Of a stretch of DNA of 64,000 nt, positions 17,273 to 27,398 are shown piece after piece. Position numbers and translations under genes: made by a program. The stretch covers positions 256,001-320,000 of the forward strand of contig JBGAHS010000005.1 in assembly GCA_044226015.1 (NCBI GenBank), written 5' to 3'. The notes under the pieces are model-generated. The model was given only the letters and a program-made list of their open reading frames with translations, did not search any database and was not told the origin of the DNA. Every line of letters begins with the position of its first letter. The first letter of the stretch is position 1. Source of the DNA: Candidatus Obscuribacteraceae bacterium. Its GTDB lineage: Bacteria > Cyanobacteriota > Vampirovibrionia > Obscuribacterales > Obscuribacteraceae.

Positions 17273-17662
17273 ATGGACAAAATTCCAATCCTCAAGGTCG
17301 GGCAGATTTTACTGGTTTCGATTCAAATTGATTTCCACGATAGAATTGCTCTTGCTTTGTTAGATGACCTCTCGGAGAAAATTGTTGAAACCTCTGCTAA
17401 GGGTGTTTTGATAGACATCTCTGCTTTGGAAATGGTCGATTCTTTTATGGGCAGAGTACTAGGCAATATTGCAAAAACGGCACGCTTGCTCGATGCTGAA
17501 ACCTGCCTGGTTGGAATGCAACCTGCTATCGCAATAACAATCACAGAGCTAGGTATTTCTCTAAAAGGAATCACCACAGCTCTGGATGCTGAGCAGGGAA
17601 TGGAAATTTTGAAGCGAAAAATCGAGGCCAAAAACGGAGCCTATTCTTTTCATGCAGGTTAA
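17273..17662 (+). CDS. rsbS: Stressosome RsbS (STAS antagonist)
   Basis: IPILK, GVLIDIS, VDSF, VGMQPAIAIT. Confidence 0.93.
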   Translation: MDKIPILKVGQILLVSIQIDFHDRIALALLDDLSEKIVETSAKGVLIDISALEMVDSFMGRVLGNIAKTARLLDAETCLVGMQPAIAITITELGISLKGITTALDAEQGMEILKRKIEAKNGAYSFHAG

Positions 17663-18065
17663 GTCTCAGGAAGTTAGAGAACTGCTTACTGAAGATGATG
17701 TGGGCACTCTGCGTTCATCTGTGAAGCGTGTAGTGTCACTGCTAAACTTTAGTCTGACCAATCAAACCAAAATTGTGACTGCTGCAAGCGAACTTGCCCG
17801 TAATACATTCGAACATGGAAAAGGCGGGCAGTGCACAATTCAGATTGTGGCAGGCTTTGATAATCGTACTGGCGTGAAACTAATTTTCGAGGACCACGGG
17901 CCAGGAATTCCTGATATCTCTCAGGCTATGGAAGATGGCTACACAACCTGCAATGGAATGGGGTTGGGTCTCGGTGGTAGCAAGCGCTTGATGGATGAGT
18001 TTAGCTTATCGTCAAATCCTGGAGATGGCACTACAGTTAGTATCACAAAATGGTTGGAAACCTGA
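17652..18065 (+). CDS. rsbT: RsbT switch kinase, copy 1
   Basis: TKIVTAASELARN, DHGPGI, GMGLGLGGSKRLMDEF. Confidence 0.92.
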   Translation: MQVKSQEVRELLTEDDVGTLRSSVKRVVSLLNFSLTNQTKIVTAASELARNTFEHGKGGQCTIQIVAGFDNRTGVKLIFEDHGPGIPDISQAMEDGYTTCNGMGLGLGGSKRLMDEFSLSSNPGDGTTVSITKWLET

Positions 18066-18088
18066 TACTTTGAGTTGATGGTGGCAAT

Positions 18089-18493
18089 ATGCAGATTTTG
18101 TCTCAGGAAATTTCCGAGGTCCACAGTGAGGATGATTTGATTCATCTGCGCGTGCAGGTCAAATCTCTACTCAAAGAAGCCGGATTTTCGCTAGTCAATC
18201 AGACTAAGCTCATGACTGTAGCCAGTGAGTTGGGCAGAAATCTGCTGATACATGGACTCGGAGGCACAGTAAAGCTTGAGTCGATAATCGAGGGCTTGCG
18301 CTCGGGTGTGCGATTCATTTTTGCCGACCTCGGTCCAGGTATTCTCGACCTTGACCAGGCCATGACAGACGGTTATACCAGTAAGAACGGTATGGGACTG
18401 GGCTTGGGTGGGTCGAAACGGTTGGTTGACGAGTTTAACATCAAAACAGCGCCAGGTTTTGGTACCACTATATCGGTGGTGAAGTGGCTATGA
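18089..18493 (+). CDS. rsbT: RsbT switch kinase, copy 2
   Basis: TKLMTVASELGRN, DLGPGI, GMGLGLGGSKRLVDEF. Confidence 0.9.
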   Translation: MQILSQEISEVHSEDDLIHLRVQVKSLLKEAGFSLVNQTKLMTVASELGRNLLIHGLGGTVKLESIIEGLRSGVRFIFADLGPGILDLDQAMTDGYTSKNGMGLGLGGSKRLVDEFNIKTAPGFGTTISVVKWL

Positions 18494-19554
18494 TAGTTCT
18501 TGAGCCAGTCTCGATAATCGAAGAGATGAGTCAGGTTAGCGAAGCCAAACGGCGAATTCACAAACTGACAAACGAACTAGCATTTTCTGAAGACGATGCC
18601 AATCGTGCTGCAATGGTGGTGCTTGAGCTTGGAACGAACCTTATCAAACATGCTCGTGGTGGCAAGCTTATTTTTCAAGTTTGGGAAATTCACGGAATGC
18701 AAGCTCTTGTGATTCTATCCATCGACTCTGGACCTGGTATCTTCGACTTGAACAAATGTCTTGAAGATGGCTTCTCTACTGCGGGGTCTTTGGGGTCTGG
18801 CTTAGGGGCTGTATTCAGAGCCTCACAATTTTTTGATGCGTATTCCATTGAAGGCAGCGGAAGTGTCGTTCTATCTATAATTTTGCCAACCAAGTTTCCG
18901 AAGGATACACCGATAGAAGAGCGGATGATATTCAAAGATGGAATTCCTAAGCGTCTCAAAGACGAGACTCAATTGATGTCGTTTGGTTCAATTCTCACTC
19001 CAAAACGGGAGGAACTTGTAATCGGTGATTCATGGGGGGTCTCTTGCAGTGAAATTTATCGCTCTCTTCTTGTTGTAGATGGTTTAGGGCACGGGTCTGA
19101 AGCCGCTGACGCTGCTGCAATTGCCCGAAGCAACTTTACAGAGCGCCCATTTCAAGCACCGAAAAATACTTTGCTTAGTTTGCATAAAGCTATGTCTGGT
19201 TCACGTGGTGGCGTCGCTGCACATGCTTTGATCGATCGCGAAGCCATGCGTTTGCATTTCGCGGGTTTGGGCAATATCAATGCATCTCTCATTTTGGCTG
19301 GCGGAAAGACTCGCCATCTTACCTCGCTAAACGGCACCCTCGGGTATGAGGCTAAGAAAATACAAGAGTTTGCCTACGAAATTTCTAGAGGTGATACTTT
19401 AATTATGCATTCAGATGGATGTTCAAGTCGCTGGAACTTACATAATTATCCGGAACTTTTGAGCAAACATCCCGCCATTATTTGTGGCGTATTGTACAAA
19501 GACTTCGCTAAAGACTTTGACGATGTGACTATTTGCTGCTTGAGGTGCTCTTGA
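18490..19554 (+). CDS. HATPase plus SpoIIE/PP2C phosphatase (RsbX-like)
   Basis: ELGTNLIKH, DSGPG; phosphatase motifs GD, DGLGHG, SDG, DDVT. Confidence 0.88.
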   Translation: MIVLEPVSIIEEMSQVSEAKRRIHKLTNELAFSEDDANRAAMVVLELGTNLIKHARGGKLIFQVWEIHGMQALVILSIDSGPGIFDLNKCLEDGFSTAGSLGSGLGAVFRASQFFDAYSIEGSGSVVLSIILPTKFPKDTPIEERMIFKDGIPKRLKDETQLMSFGSILTPKREELVIGDSWGVSCSEIYRSLLVVDGLGHGSEAADAAAIARSNFTERPFQAPKNTLLSLHKAMSGSRGGVAAHALIDREAMRLHFAGLGNINASLILAGGKTRHLTSLNGTLGYEAKKIQEFAYEISRGDTLIMHSDGCSSRWNLHNYPELLSKHPAIICGVLYKDFAKDFDDVTICCLRCS

Positions 19555-20960
19555 TGCCAGTTAAACAAGGTATTTTTCTTTCAATGCCACTGGCAACAGA
19601 GAGCGACGTTATACTGGTGCGGCGAAGAAGTCGCCAAATTTCGGTCTTAGTAGGGTTTGAAGTTTCAAATCAAACGAGAATTGCAACAGCGGTATCAGAA
19701 GCTGCTCGATTTCTATTTTCCAATGACATAGCGGGAAAAGTTGACTTTGTGCTTCAGCACGTCCATGCTGGGCTATTGGTTGAAGTCACAGGTAGGCCTA
19801 AAAATCCTGAGCAGGCTGTCGATCTGCAGCGGCTCGAATGTGATGAAATACTTGCCGCCAAGAATTTGGTTGACAAGCTTGAGATCGTGGCGATGGGTGA
19901 CAGCATCAAAGTTTCCATTTTCAAGACTCTTCCTAACAGAGTTTTGCCCTTCTCAAACACAGAAATTGAAAAACTAAGCAATGAACTGGCGAAGATAGTT
20001 CATGACTCATTGCTCGATGAGATTCATGGTCACAATCAGGAGTTGATTAACTCGCTTGATGAGCTAGAGGCTAATCAAAGACAACTCGACCAGGCGATGA
20101 AAGCTCTAGAAAACCAGAACGAAATGCTTGCACAACTCAACCAAGAAATCAGGCAGCTTAATGCCGACCTGGAAAGTAAGGTGTTGCAGCGAACAAATGA
20201 ACTTGAAAAAGTGAATAAGGAACTTGTAAAAGCAAGAGATGAAGCGCTTCTCGCATCTCAACTCAAAACGCAATTCGTTGCAAATGTGAGTCATGAAATT
20301 CGTACACCGCTCTGCGGCATTGTAGGCTTGAGTGAAATTCTCTCACTTGGTGGCAATGACCCAGAGGCGACCCAGGAAATGGCAAAAACCATTTATACAT
20401 CAAGTCAGCAGCTGATTTCGGTGGTGAATCAGTTACTCGACTTTTCCAAACTGCAAGCATCTAAAACTGAGCTGCAAGAGTCGGTTTTTAAACTTACAGA
20501 AGTAATGGATGAGGCTCTTTTGAATATCACCAATGAACTGGCGAGTAAGCAAATGAAGGCAGACTCGCAGTGTTCGAATGAGCTGAGTTCTTCATATCGT
20601 GGTGACAAGGAAAAACTGAAGCAGATACTTACCAATTTCCTGCATAATGCGGTTAAGTTCAGTGATGATGGTCAGGTTGAGCTGCGAGCTAATTTGTTTC
20701 GATCGACAGCCGGCAAAGACTTCATCCGCTTTGATATCGTTGATAACGGTATAGGAATTACCGAACTAGGAATGGAGCGTTTGTTTCAGCCCTTTGTGCA
20801 GGTTGATGGTTCAAACACCCGAAAATATGGTGGCACAGGTTTGGGGCTTTCGCTTGCGAAAGGATTGGCTGAATTGATGGGCGGAACAGTCGGTTGCGAG
20901 AGCGAAGAAGGTTCTGGCTCTAGGTTTTGGACTGTACTGCCTTTCGAGCGTGTTAGATAG
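19554..20960 (+). CDS. Histidine kinase with N-terminal RsbT-like domain and coiled coil
   Basis: SHEIRTPL, NAVKF, DNGIG, GGTGLGL; N-terminal QTRIATAVSE; TGATG coupling to the upstream gene. Confidence 0.9.
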   Translation: MPVKQGIFLSMPLATESDVILVRRRSRQISVLVGFEVSNQTRIATAVSEAARFLFSNDIAGKVDFVLQHVHAGLLVEVTGRPKNPEQAVDLQRLECDEILAAKNLVDKLEIVAMGDSIKVSIFKTLPNRVLPFSNTEIEKLSNELAKIVHDSLLDEIHGHNQELINSLDELEANQRQLDQAMKALENQNEMLAQLNQEIRQLNADLESKVLQRTNELEKVNKELVKARDEALLASQLKTQFVANVSHEIRTPLCGIVGLSEILSLGGNDPEATQEMAKTIYTSSQQLISVVNQLLDFSKLQASKTELQESVFKLTEVMDEALLNITNELASKQMKADSQCSNELSSSYRGDKEKLKQILTNFLHNAVKFSDDGQVELRANLFRSTAGKDFIRFDIVDNGIGITELGMERLFQPFVQVDGSNTRKYGGTGLGLSLAKGLAELMGGTVGCESEEGSGSRFWTVLPFERVR

Positions 20961-20982
20961 AACAGTGCGCATAATTTTCGAA

Positions 20983-21025
20983 GGCAACATCCTGCTGACT
21001 GGAGCGCAGCATCCTGCTGGCTGGC
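20983..21025. repeat. Two degenerate REP-like units (CATCCTGC core)
   Basis: ggcaacatcctgctgac and ggagcgcagcatcctgctggc between convergent genes. Confidence 0.55.
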
Positions 21026-21047
21026 TCTCGAATCGAAGGAGCCAGCT

Positions 21048-21782
21048 CTACTTGTCGCTTTTCAAAAACTTCTCTGTCTGTTCAGCAACACGTGAATAGT
21101 AGTCTAGAATCGTGGTGCCTGGCTTTGGCATCGGACGAAATGGTTCGCCAGTTCCAAACGGATTTTTGATAAGTGTCGCTTCTTTCACTTGTTGCTCGAA
21201 TGAACTCAACTGCTTATCTAGCCTGATCAGGTCTGTCGGTGACATGCTATTTCGTACTTCGGTGGTCAATTTTTTTTCTGTGTCCTTCACACGTTGATCT
21301 AATTCTGTGTGCATCGGTGTGTCTGGACGCTTCGGATAAGGAGGTGGTGGCAGCATGGTGCTGGCCATCCAGGCTAATTCAGCTGCTTTGTATGCTGCCA
21401 GCGCTTTATCTTCAGCTTCGAAGCTCTTTTTCTCATCAGCTGTCATTTTGTCTTTGACATGATTGCGAATTTTGTCGTCGAGTGATTCATCTTTGACAAA
21501 TGCATGTTTGACACTGTGCCAGAGACCACTAAGTGAGCCTTCGCTGTGATATGGTGCTTCTTGCTTGAAGCCTGAAAAATCTACCTGTGGCAGGGACAAC
21601 TTCAAGTCTTTACCGAGTTGTTCAGCAAGTCGCTGTCCTGCAAAGCCTGCTGTGGCACCCAAAATTGCGGACTTGCCAAAGTTGTTTGCTTCTTCTAAAA
21701 GTCTCGCTCCGACATTCTGTGAGTCTGCTTCACCTGTCTCGGAGACCTTTCTGTGCGCATTTTCAAAATTTGTTTGACCCAT
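21048..21782 (-). CDS. Hypothetical protein without signal peptide
   Basis: 244-aa ORF; two similar Pro-rich segments (PYPKRPDTP / PMPKPGT). Confidence 0.75.
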   Translation of the reverse strand: MGQTNFENAHRKVSETGEADSQNVGARLLEEANNFGKSAILGATAGFAGQRLAEQLGKDLKLSLPQVDFSGFKQEAPYHSEGSLSGLWHSVKHAFVKDESLDDKIRNHVKDKMTADEKKSFEAEDKALAAYKAAELAWMASTMLPPPPYPKRPDTPMHTELDQRVKDTEKKLTTEVRNSMSPTDLIRLDKQLSSFEQQVKEATLIKNPFGTGEPFRPMPKPGTTILDYYSRVAEQTEKFLKSDK

Positions 21783-22188
21783 TTTCTCTACCCAATCATA
21801 TGGCTCTCAATTTTGTTGAGGTCAAGTTCAGCACGATACCCCTTCGAACTAAACTGACGTAATCTCAACCCTGTGATCGAATGTACCTGTCAAGGGGATC
21901 TTTTCGACACGAATTCTGAGATTTAATTTAAGACCATGGGAATGCTGCAAACGTAGTACTCACAAGCTTAAGCGCTAGCGGAACTTGCCTCTGTCGCGGA
22001 GAAATGCTGTCGAAAATTGTCTGGCCCAGGCTTATGTATGTAGGTTTGAAGTTCCGGGCAAATTCCAATAATTTTGACAGTTTGCTACTTGCTGCTCAAG
22101 TACCACCACCAGCCTTCAATGTTTCCCTTCTATGGACAGATTGGTTTGAGGGCAAGAACAATCGACGGTCAGTAAGCTTTGCGCCTTG

Positions 22189-25164
22189 TTATTCCCGGTG
22201 ATCTAATTCAGTCAGGACTGCAAGGAAAATGTCGACGAGGAAGGGGTCGAACTGACTGCCAGCTTGACTCTTCAGTACCCTTCTTGCTTTCTCTGTCGTC
22301 ATCGCTGGGCGGTAGGGGCGGTCACTTATCATTGCGTGGTAGGCCTCTACAATCGCTACAATGCGTGCCGCAAGCGGTATATTGTCCCCGCTCAGTCCTC
22401 GTGGGTAGCCTGTTCCGTCCCAACACTCATGATGGTGTTCGAGGATGTCGCAGATCTCTTTTAGCGCGGGCACCGAACGTAGCATTTCTGCACCAAGAGT
22501 GGGGTGCTGCATCAGCAGCTTCAACTCTTCTGCTGTGACCTGTCCCTTCTTATTGATGATGTCTTCGGGCACGTGCAATAAACCTACGTCGTGCAACAAG
22601 CTGGCGACGCGTATTTGCTCTACCTGCTTGGCAGATAGTCCCAATACCTTAGCCACCATTTCTGCGAAGCGAGCGGTTTCCAGATGGTGCACTTTGTTGT
22701 ATTCCGATTTTGAATACAAAGCACCAGCCATTTTCTTAACTGTTTCGACCACTTCCGGTACCAAAAGGCTGTTTTCTTCATGCTGAGGAGCCGTCGTTGG
22801 CAGTGGTTTGCTTAACGGTTTTCCTTGTGGCATGGAAGGCATCTTTGGAGGAGTCGGCACGCCCGCTGCCGATTCCGTTGCCGGTTCTGTTTCGTTTGAA
22901 TGTGCTGTTTGCTCGGTAGTTGTTTGAGTTTCAGCACTGCTTTCCGCACCATCTTTGGTGTCAGCTGGCTTCGCTGGGGCTTGCGATTCGGTTCTCTGAA
23001 TATCGCGGAATTTTAATTCCGAGGCAATATGTACCTGGTTTCGACCCATTCGTTTTGACATGTATAGGGCTTTGTCAGCTAGCTCTAAAAGCTGGTGCTG
23101 ATTGTCGGCATCATCTGGGTAGCAAGCTACTCCAAGTGAAGCTGCTACCTTCAGGTTAATATTCTCGTGCGTGATTTCTTCTTTGTTTAGAGTCTTGCGC
23201 AATCTTTCGGCAACGACTCTGGCGCCTTCGATGCTGACTTCGGGAAGTACAATCAAGAATTCTTCACCGCCATAACGTACAGGTATGTCTACATCACGGC
23301 AATCACGTTTGATTATGTGTGCCACCGTTCGTAATACCGTATCACCGACAGGGTGTCCGTATGTATCATTAATTGACTTGAAATGGTCAACGTCGAGCAT
23401 GACTGCGCAGACATTTCTTCCATAACGTTCAGCCAGCTTAAGTTGCTCTGCCAGCTTTTCCTGTCCAGTGCGATGATTGAATAGTGTGGTCAAACCATCT
23501 GTCGTAGCCTGTCTTTCAACACGGCGATAAAGTCTGGCTGTCATCACTGCGGTTGATAGTTGATCTGCTACTTGTCTCAAGAAATTCTGGTTGTCCATGC
23601 TCCAGATTTGGTCTGATTCGCATTTGTGACCACCGAGAATTCCTTGCAGTTTTCCTTCATAAGTAATCGGCAAATAGAACAATGAGTAAATATGGTAATT
23701 AGACAACACATCTTTTCTGAATGGCTCAGCTTTCTTTTCCCTCAAAACGTCACTGATGAATACGTCATCGTTGCAGTGCGTCTTGAATATGTCGAGAATG
23801 ATTTGATCTCTGTCTTTGTCCATCAAACTGTAGGATGGATCAGAGCAGTATTCCTGTCGTATAGCATCTGAAGGATGTTCAACGTCGTCTGACGGCAAAA
23901 TGACGAAGCAACAATCGAGGTGAACCCAACCAGCTAATTCCTCTAACATCTGAGAGATGTTTTCTTCGATATGGAATGAGCGTCTCAGTGTATTTGAAAT
24001 TCGATGAAGGAGATTGTCCTGGCTGCGTCTTATTTCTGCTTCACGCTGCTTTTGCGCTAGTTCAGTCGACTTCATTTCTAGTTCTTCGTAAGTTCGAGAT
24101 ATCTTCTCGTTAGCCTCGCGAGACTTTTCGCTGACTTGCTCAAGCCGCTTTGTGTAATCTTCCATCAGCTTGAGTTGCATAGCGAGTTCGCGTTCAGTTT
24201 TTTTCACCCGCAACAAAGTTCTTACTCTGGCGAGCAATTCAGCATCAACACAATTCTCATCAACACAATCGTCAACGCCACCAGAGAGACATTCAAGTCG
24301 GCTCACGGTGCCTGTTTCAGTAGTTACGGCAACTAGAGAAATATACTTTGTTTCTGCATTTTCTTTCAATGCATGGTAGACAGCACCACCATCGGACATT
24401 TTCATTTCGGCATCTAGAACAACGGCATCAGCCGGAGTTTTGTGTACCGATTCAAGAAATTTCTTGGCATCATCAAACTCGGTAACCCGGTAGCTTGATT
24501 GCAAAGTTCGGGAGAGGCGACGTCTCACTACTCGGTTGGAGTGGACAACCCCTACATGTTTTAAATCGAAATCCTGAAGACTGGCATCCTTATCCTGTGT
24601 CTTCATTACCTGAACTGCTACTGAGTGCAAGCGTGAAGATAGGTGTTGACCAACAATCTTCAATGTCTGCATGTCCTCGACCGAAATTTCGCGAGTTTCA
24701 TCGAACGAAACCAGACGGAGCACGCCTTTAACAATCCATCGATTGTCGTAGCCTTCCACAATAGGCACTATCACATACGGAAAGTCGCCTGAATCGCTGC
24801 TTCCCACACTCTTCTTGATTTTGCAGGTTCCGATGTGCGAGAACTGCGTACTTACTACTTCCTTTGCAGCTCTAGAATTGGCGTCGCTGAGCGGGTCACC
24901 GCTGCCATCTTCAAGCGCATCTATCGACACCTCTTGCTGCTCATCTGGCTCGTCAATTGTGAAAGTCAACAACTTGACCAAGCCATCGGGTCTCAGTATG
25001 TCGATTATTCCAATGTCAAAACCGAGGATGTGGCACAAATGCCTTCTTACGGCATCAAGTTCTTGAACGGGATCAACCGCGCCCTTTTGCTCGGTTGAAG
25101 CGTCACCCTGTCCAAACTCTGAGGGATCTGTATTTTGGGAGCTTGTCACTTCTGCAAATTCCAA
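22189..25164 (-). CDS. Multidomain c-di-GMP enzyme: GAF-like, receiver-like, coiled coil, GAF, GGDEF, HD-GYP
   Basis: TDGLT, DVDHFKSINDTYGH, RYGGEEF; LLHDVG, HHECWDGTGYP. Confidence 0.9.
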   Translation of the reverse strand: MEFAEVTSSQNTDPSEFGQGDASTEQKGAVDPVQELDAVRRHLCHILGFDIGIIDILRPDGLVKLLTFTIDEPDEQQEVSIDALEDGSGDPLSDANSRAAKEVVSTQFSHIGTCKIKKSVGSSDSGDFPYVIVPIVEGYDNRWIVKGVLRLVSFDETREISVEDMQTLKIVGQHLSSRLHSVAVQVMKTQDKDASLQDFDLKHVGVVHSNRVVRRRLSRTLQSSYRVTEFDDAKKFLESVHKTPADAVVLDAEMKMSDGGAVYHALKENAETKYISLVAVTTETGTVSRLECLSGGVDDCVDENCVDAELLARVRTLLRVKKTERELAMQLKLMEDYTKRLEQVSEKSREANEKISRTYEELEMKSTELAQKQREAEIRRSQDNLLHRISNTLRRSFHIEENISQMLEELAGWVHLDCCFVILPSDDVEHPSDAIRQEYCSDPSYSLMDKDRDQIILDIFKTHCNDDVFISDVLREKKAEPFRKDVLSNYHIYSLFYLPITYEGKLQGILGGHKCESDQIWSMDNQNFLRQVADQLSTAVMTARLYRRVERQATTDGLTTLFNHRTGQEKLAEQLKLAERYGRNVCAVMLDVDHFKSINDTYGHPVGDTVLRTVAHIIKRDCRDVDIPVRYGGEEFLIVLPEVSIEGARVVAERLRKTLNKEEITHENINLKVAASLGVACYPDDADNQHQLLELADKALYMSKRMGRNQVHIASELKFRDIQRTESQAPAKPADTKDGAESSAETQTTTEQTAHSNETEPATESAAGVPTPPKMPSMPQGKPLSKPLPTTAPQHEENSLLVPEVVETVKKMAGALYSKSEYNKVHHLETARFAEMVAKVLGLSAKQVEQIRVASLLHDVGLLHVPEDIINKKGQVTAEELKLLMQHPTLGAEMLRSVPALKEICDILEHHHECWDGTGYPRGLSGDNIPLAARIVAIVEAYHAMISDRPYRPAMTTEKARRVLKSQAGSQFDPFLVDIFLAVLTELDHRE

Positions 25165-25241
25165 TCGGACTTAGTAAGGCTGCTAGCAAGCCGCTATATC
25201 TCGCCACCATTGAGTTTAGCAGAAATTTCAGGGGTTGTGTT

Positions 25242-27125
25242 CTAGGCCAAAAATTTGCGCCACCACCATTGAAACATGAACAAAGTCCAGAGCTGTTTTC
25301 GGCGATCAAAGCGACCTGTTTCATGTTCTTCCAATAGCCGATGGATATATTCCCACTCAAAAATGCCCTGTTTCTTCACGAAACTTTCTGACAACAATTC
25401 GTCAACAAGAGGCTTGAATTCTTGTCTCAACCATTTGGCAACCGGAATGCCGAAGCCCTTCTTCGGGCGTTTCAATATTGATTCTGGCAGCAGAGGGGCC
25501 ACTGCTTTTTTCAGCAGATATTTGGTCGTCATACCTTTTACTTTGTATGAGCTTGGCTGAGATAGCGCAAATTCAACCAGAGGGTAGGCAAGGAATGGCA
25601 AACGCACTTCCAGAGATGCTGCCATAGACGAGCGGTCTGACTTGACCAGCAAATCATCGGGCAAGTAAGTGATCATGTCCACATTCATGATGTGAGAAAC
25701 AACGTCATCTTCGTTCAGGTTGGCTGTTCTCAGGACATCTGGCAGAATGTCTTCTTGCTTGGTCAGTGTGAGGACGCTGCTTTTCACCAGTTGCTTTTGC
25801 TCAGCCAGAGGCAGTGAGCCCATCCAGCTGAGGTGGCGATCGACAGGTGATTGATTCGCTGATTCGATGAAGCGTTTTGCTTTGTAATCGAAGCTCAGAT
25901 TATTCATGGACACAGGCAAGCTGCGGATTGCAGGCTCAATCAAATTTGCGCGCAATGCGTGCGGAACACGGCGCCAGACGCCTGCAAGTTTGTGTGCCTG
26001 GTAGGTCGGGTAGCCGCCAAATAGCTCGTCGCCTCCTTCTCCGGCAAGTGCTACTTTTACTGTCTCGCGAGTCATCTTTGAAAGGAAGAATGTCGGAACG
26101 ACCGATGCATCTGCTATTGGCTCATCAAGGTAATCCCAGAGTTCTTCCAGAGTTGAGCGAGCAACATTTGGAGAAAACCAGGCAAGATGATGTTCGCTGC
26201 CAACGTGCTTTGCGACTAATTCTGCGTGGCTTGATTCATCAAATGATGAGTCGCCAAAACCTATAGAGAACGTTTTGAGTTTGCCTGGACTGACTTTGCT
26301 CGCAAGTGCCGCGATTGAGGATGAGTCAATTCCGCCGGAGAGGAACACACCAACAGGCACGTCTGCTATCAGTCGCAGCTTGGTTGATTCTTGCAAAAGG
26401 TCAACCAGCTTCTCTGCTGCTTCCTGTTCAGACAGTTTTTCCTTGGAAACTTTCGGTGTCCAGTAGCATACCGTTTTGAAATGCCCGTCTTCGACTAGCA
26501 AGAAATGAGCTGGCATTAGCTTGCGAATGCCTTCAAAAATCGAGAGCGGCGCTGGAACGTATTCGAGTGCGAGATACTTCTGAAGAGCCTCTCTACAGAG
26601 CTCGCGTTTTGAATGTGGGTGAGCAAGAATGCCTTTCAGCTCTGAGCCGTAAATCAGTTGACCATTGAAAACGCCGTAATGCAGGGGCTTTTCGCCCATG
26701 CGGTCACGAGCGATGATCAGTCGCTTTTTGTTCGAGTCCCAAATCGAGAAGGCAAACATGCCCTCGAGGTACTGCAAACAGTCAACGCCGAATTCTTCGT
26801 AGAGGTGTACGATGATTTCGGTGTCCGAAGTCGTTTTGAGTTTGTGACCCTTGTCTACGACAATTTTGCTCAGGTCTTGATAATTATAGATTTCGCCGTT
26901 GAAGACAATCCAGATGGTTCCATCTTCGTTGCAAATGGGTTGGTGTCCGGTCGATAAGTCGATGATGGATAAACGGGTCATGCCCATGGCGACTGGACCA
27001 GTCACCAACTCGCCCGCGTCGTCAGGACCGCGGTGGTGAATGCTATGACACATAGCTGGGAGATAATTCTCTGCCGGGTTTATCTCTTGCCCGTTCAGGT
27101 TAATATAGCCAACAATCCCACACAT
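25242..27125 (-). CDS. asnB: Asparagine synthase (glutamine-hydrolysing) family amidotransferase
   Basis: MCGI, HRGPD, RLSIID, NGEIYN, SGGIDSS, GEGGDELFGGY, RPKKGF. Confidence 0.95.
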   Translation of the reverse strand: MCGIVGYINLNGQEINPAENYLPAMCHSIHHRGPDDAGELVTGPVAMGMTRLSIIDLSTGHQPICNEDGTIWIVFNGEIYNYQDLSKIVVDKGHKLKTTSDTEIIVHLYEEFGVDCLQYLEGMFAFSIWDSNKKRLIIARDRMGEKPLHYGVFNGQLIYGSELKGILAHPHSKRELCREALQKYLALEYVPAPLSIFEGIRKLMPAHFLLVEDGHFKTVCYWTPKVSKEKLSEQEAAEKLVDLLQESTKLRLIADVPVGVFLSGGIDSSSIAALASKVSPGKLKTFSIGFGDSSFDESSHAELVAKHVGSEHHLAWFSPNVARSTLEELWDYLDEPIADASVVPTFFLSKMTRETVKVALAGEGGDELFGGYPTYQAHKLAGVWRRVPHALRANLIEPAIRSLPVSMNNLSFDYKAKRFIESANQSPVDRHLSWMGSLPLAEQKQLVKSSVLTLTKQEDILPDVLRTANLNEDDVVSHIMNVDMITYLPDDLLVKSDRSSMAASLEVRLPFLAYPLVEFALSQPSSYKVKGMTTKYLLKKAVAPLLPESILKRPKKGFGIPVAKWLRQEFKPLVDELLSESFVKKQGIFEWEYIHRLLEEHETGRFDRRKQLWTLFMFQWWWRKFLA

Positions 27126-27398
27126 ATAGTGCCTCCAGATATATTCTGCTGTTGATCACTCATCGGCGACTGGCTTAAGAAGTGCCCGCAGCTCATATCT
27201 AATTTTCCGCGTTTCTTCGAAACTAGCATTAGAACAATACAAGACGAGCGATATGCAAAAAGCTGGTATTCTCGTAGTTGCTTAATGGCGGGCTTCTTGG
27301 GGATCGGGCTTGTGTTACAAAGATATTCTTTTTAGGTTGCTGCGCAGGGCTAGCTCAATTTCCGAGGGATTAAACGTGCGATTACGGATGTCAAGCTT

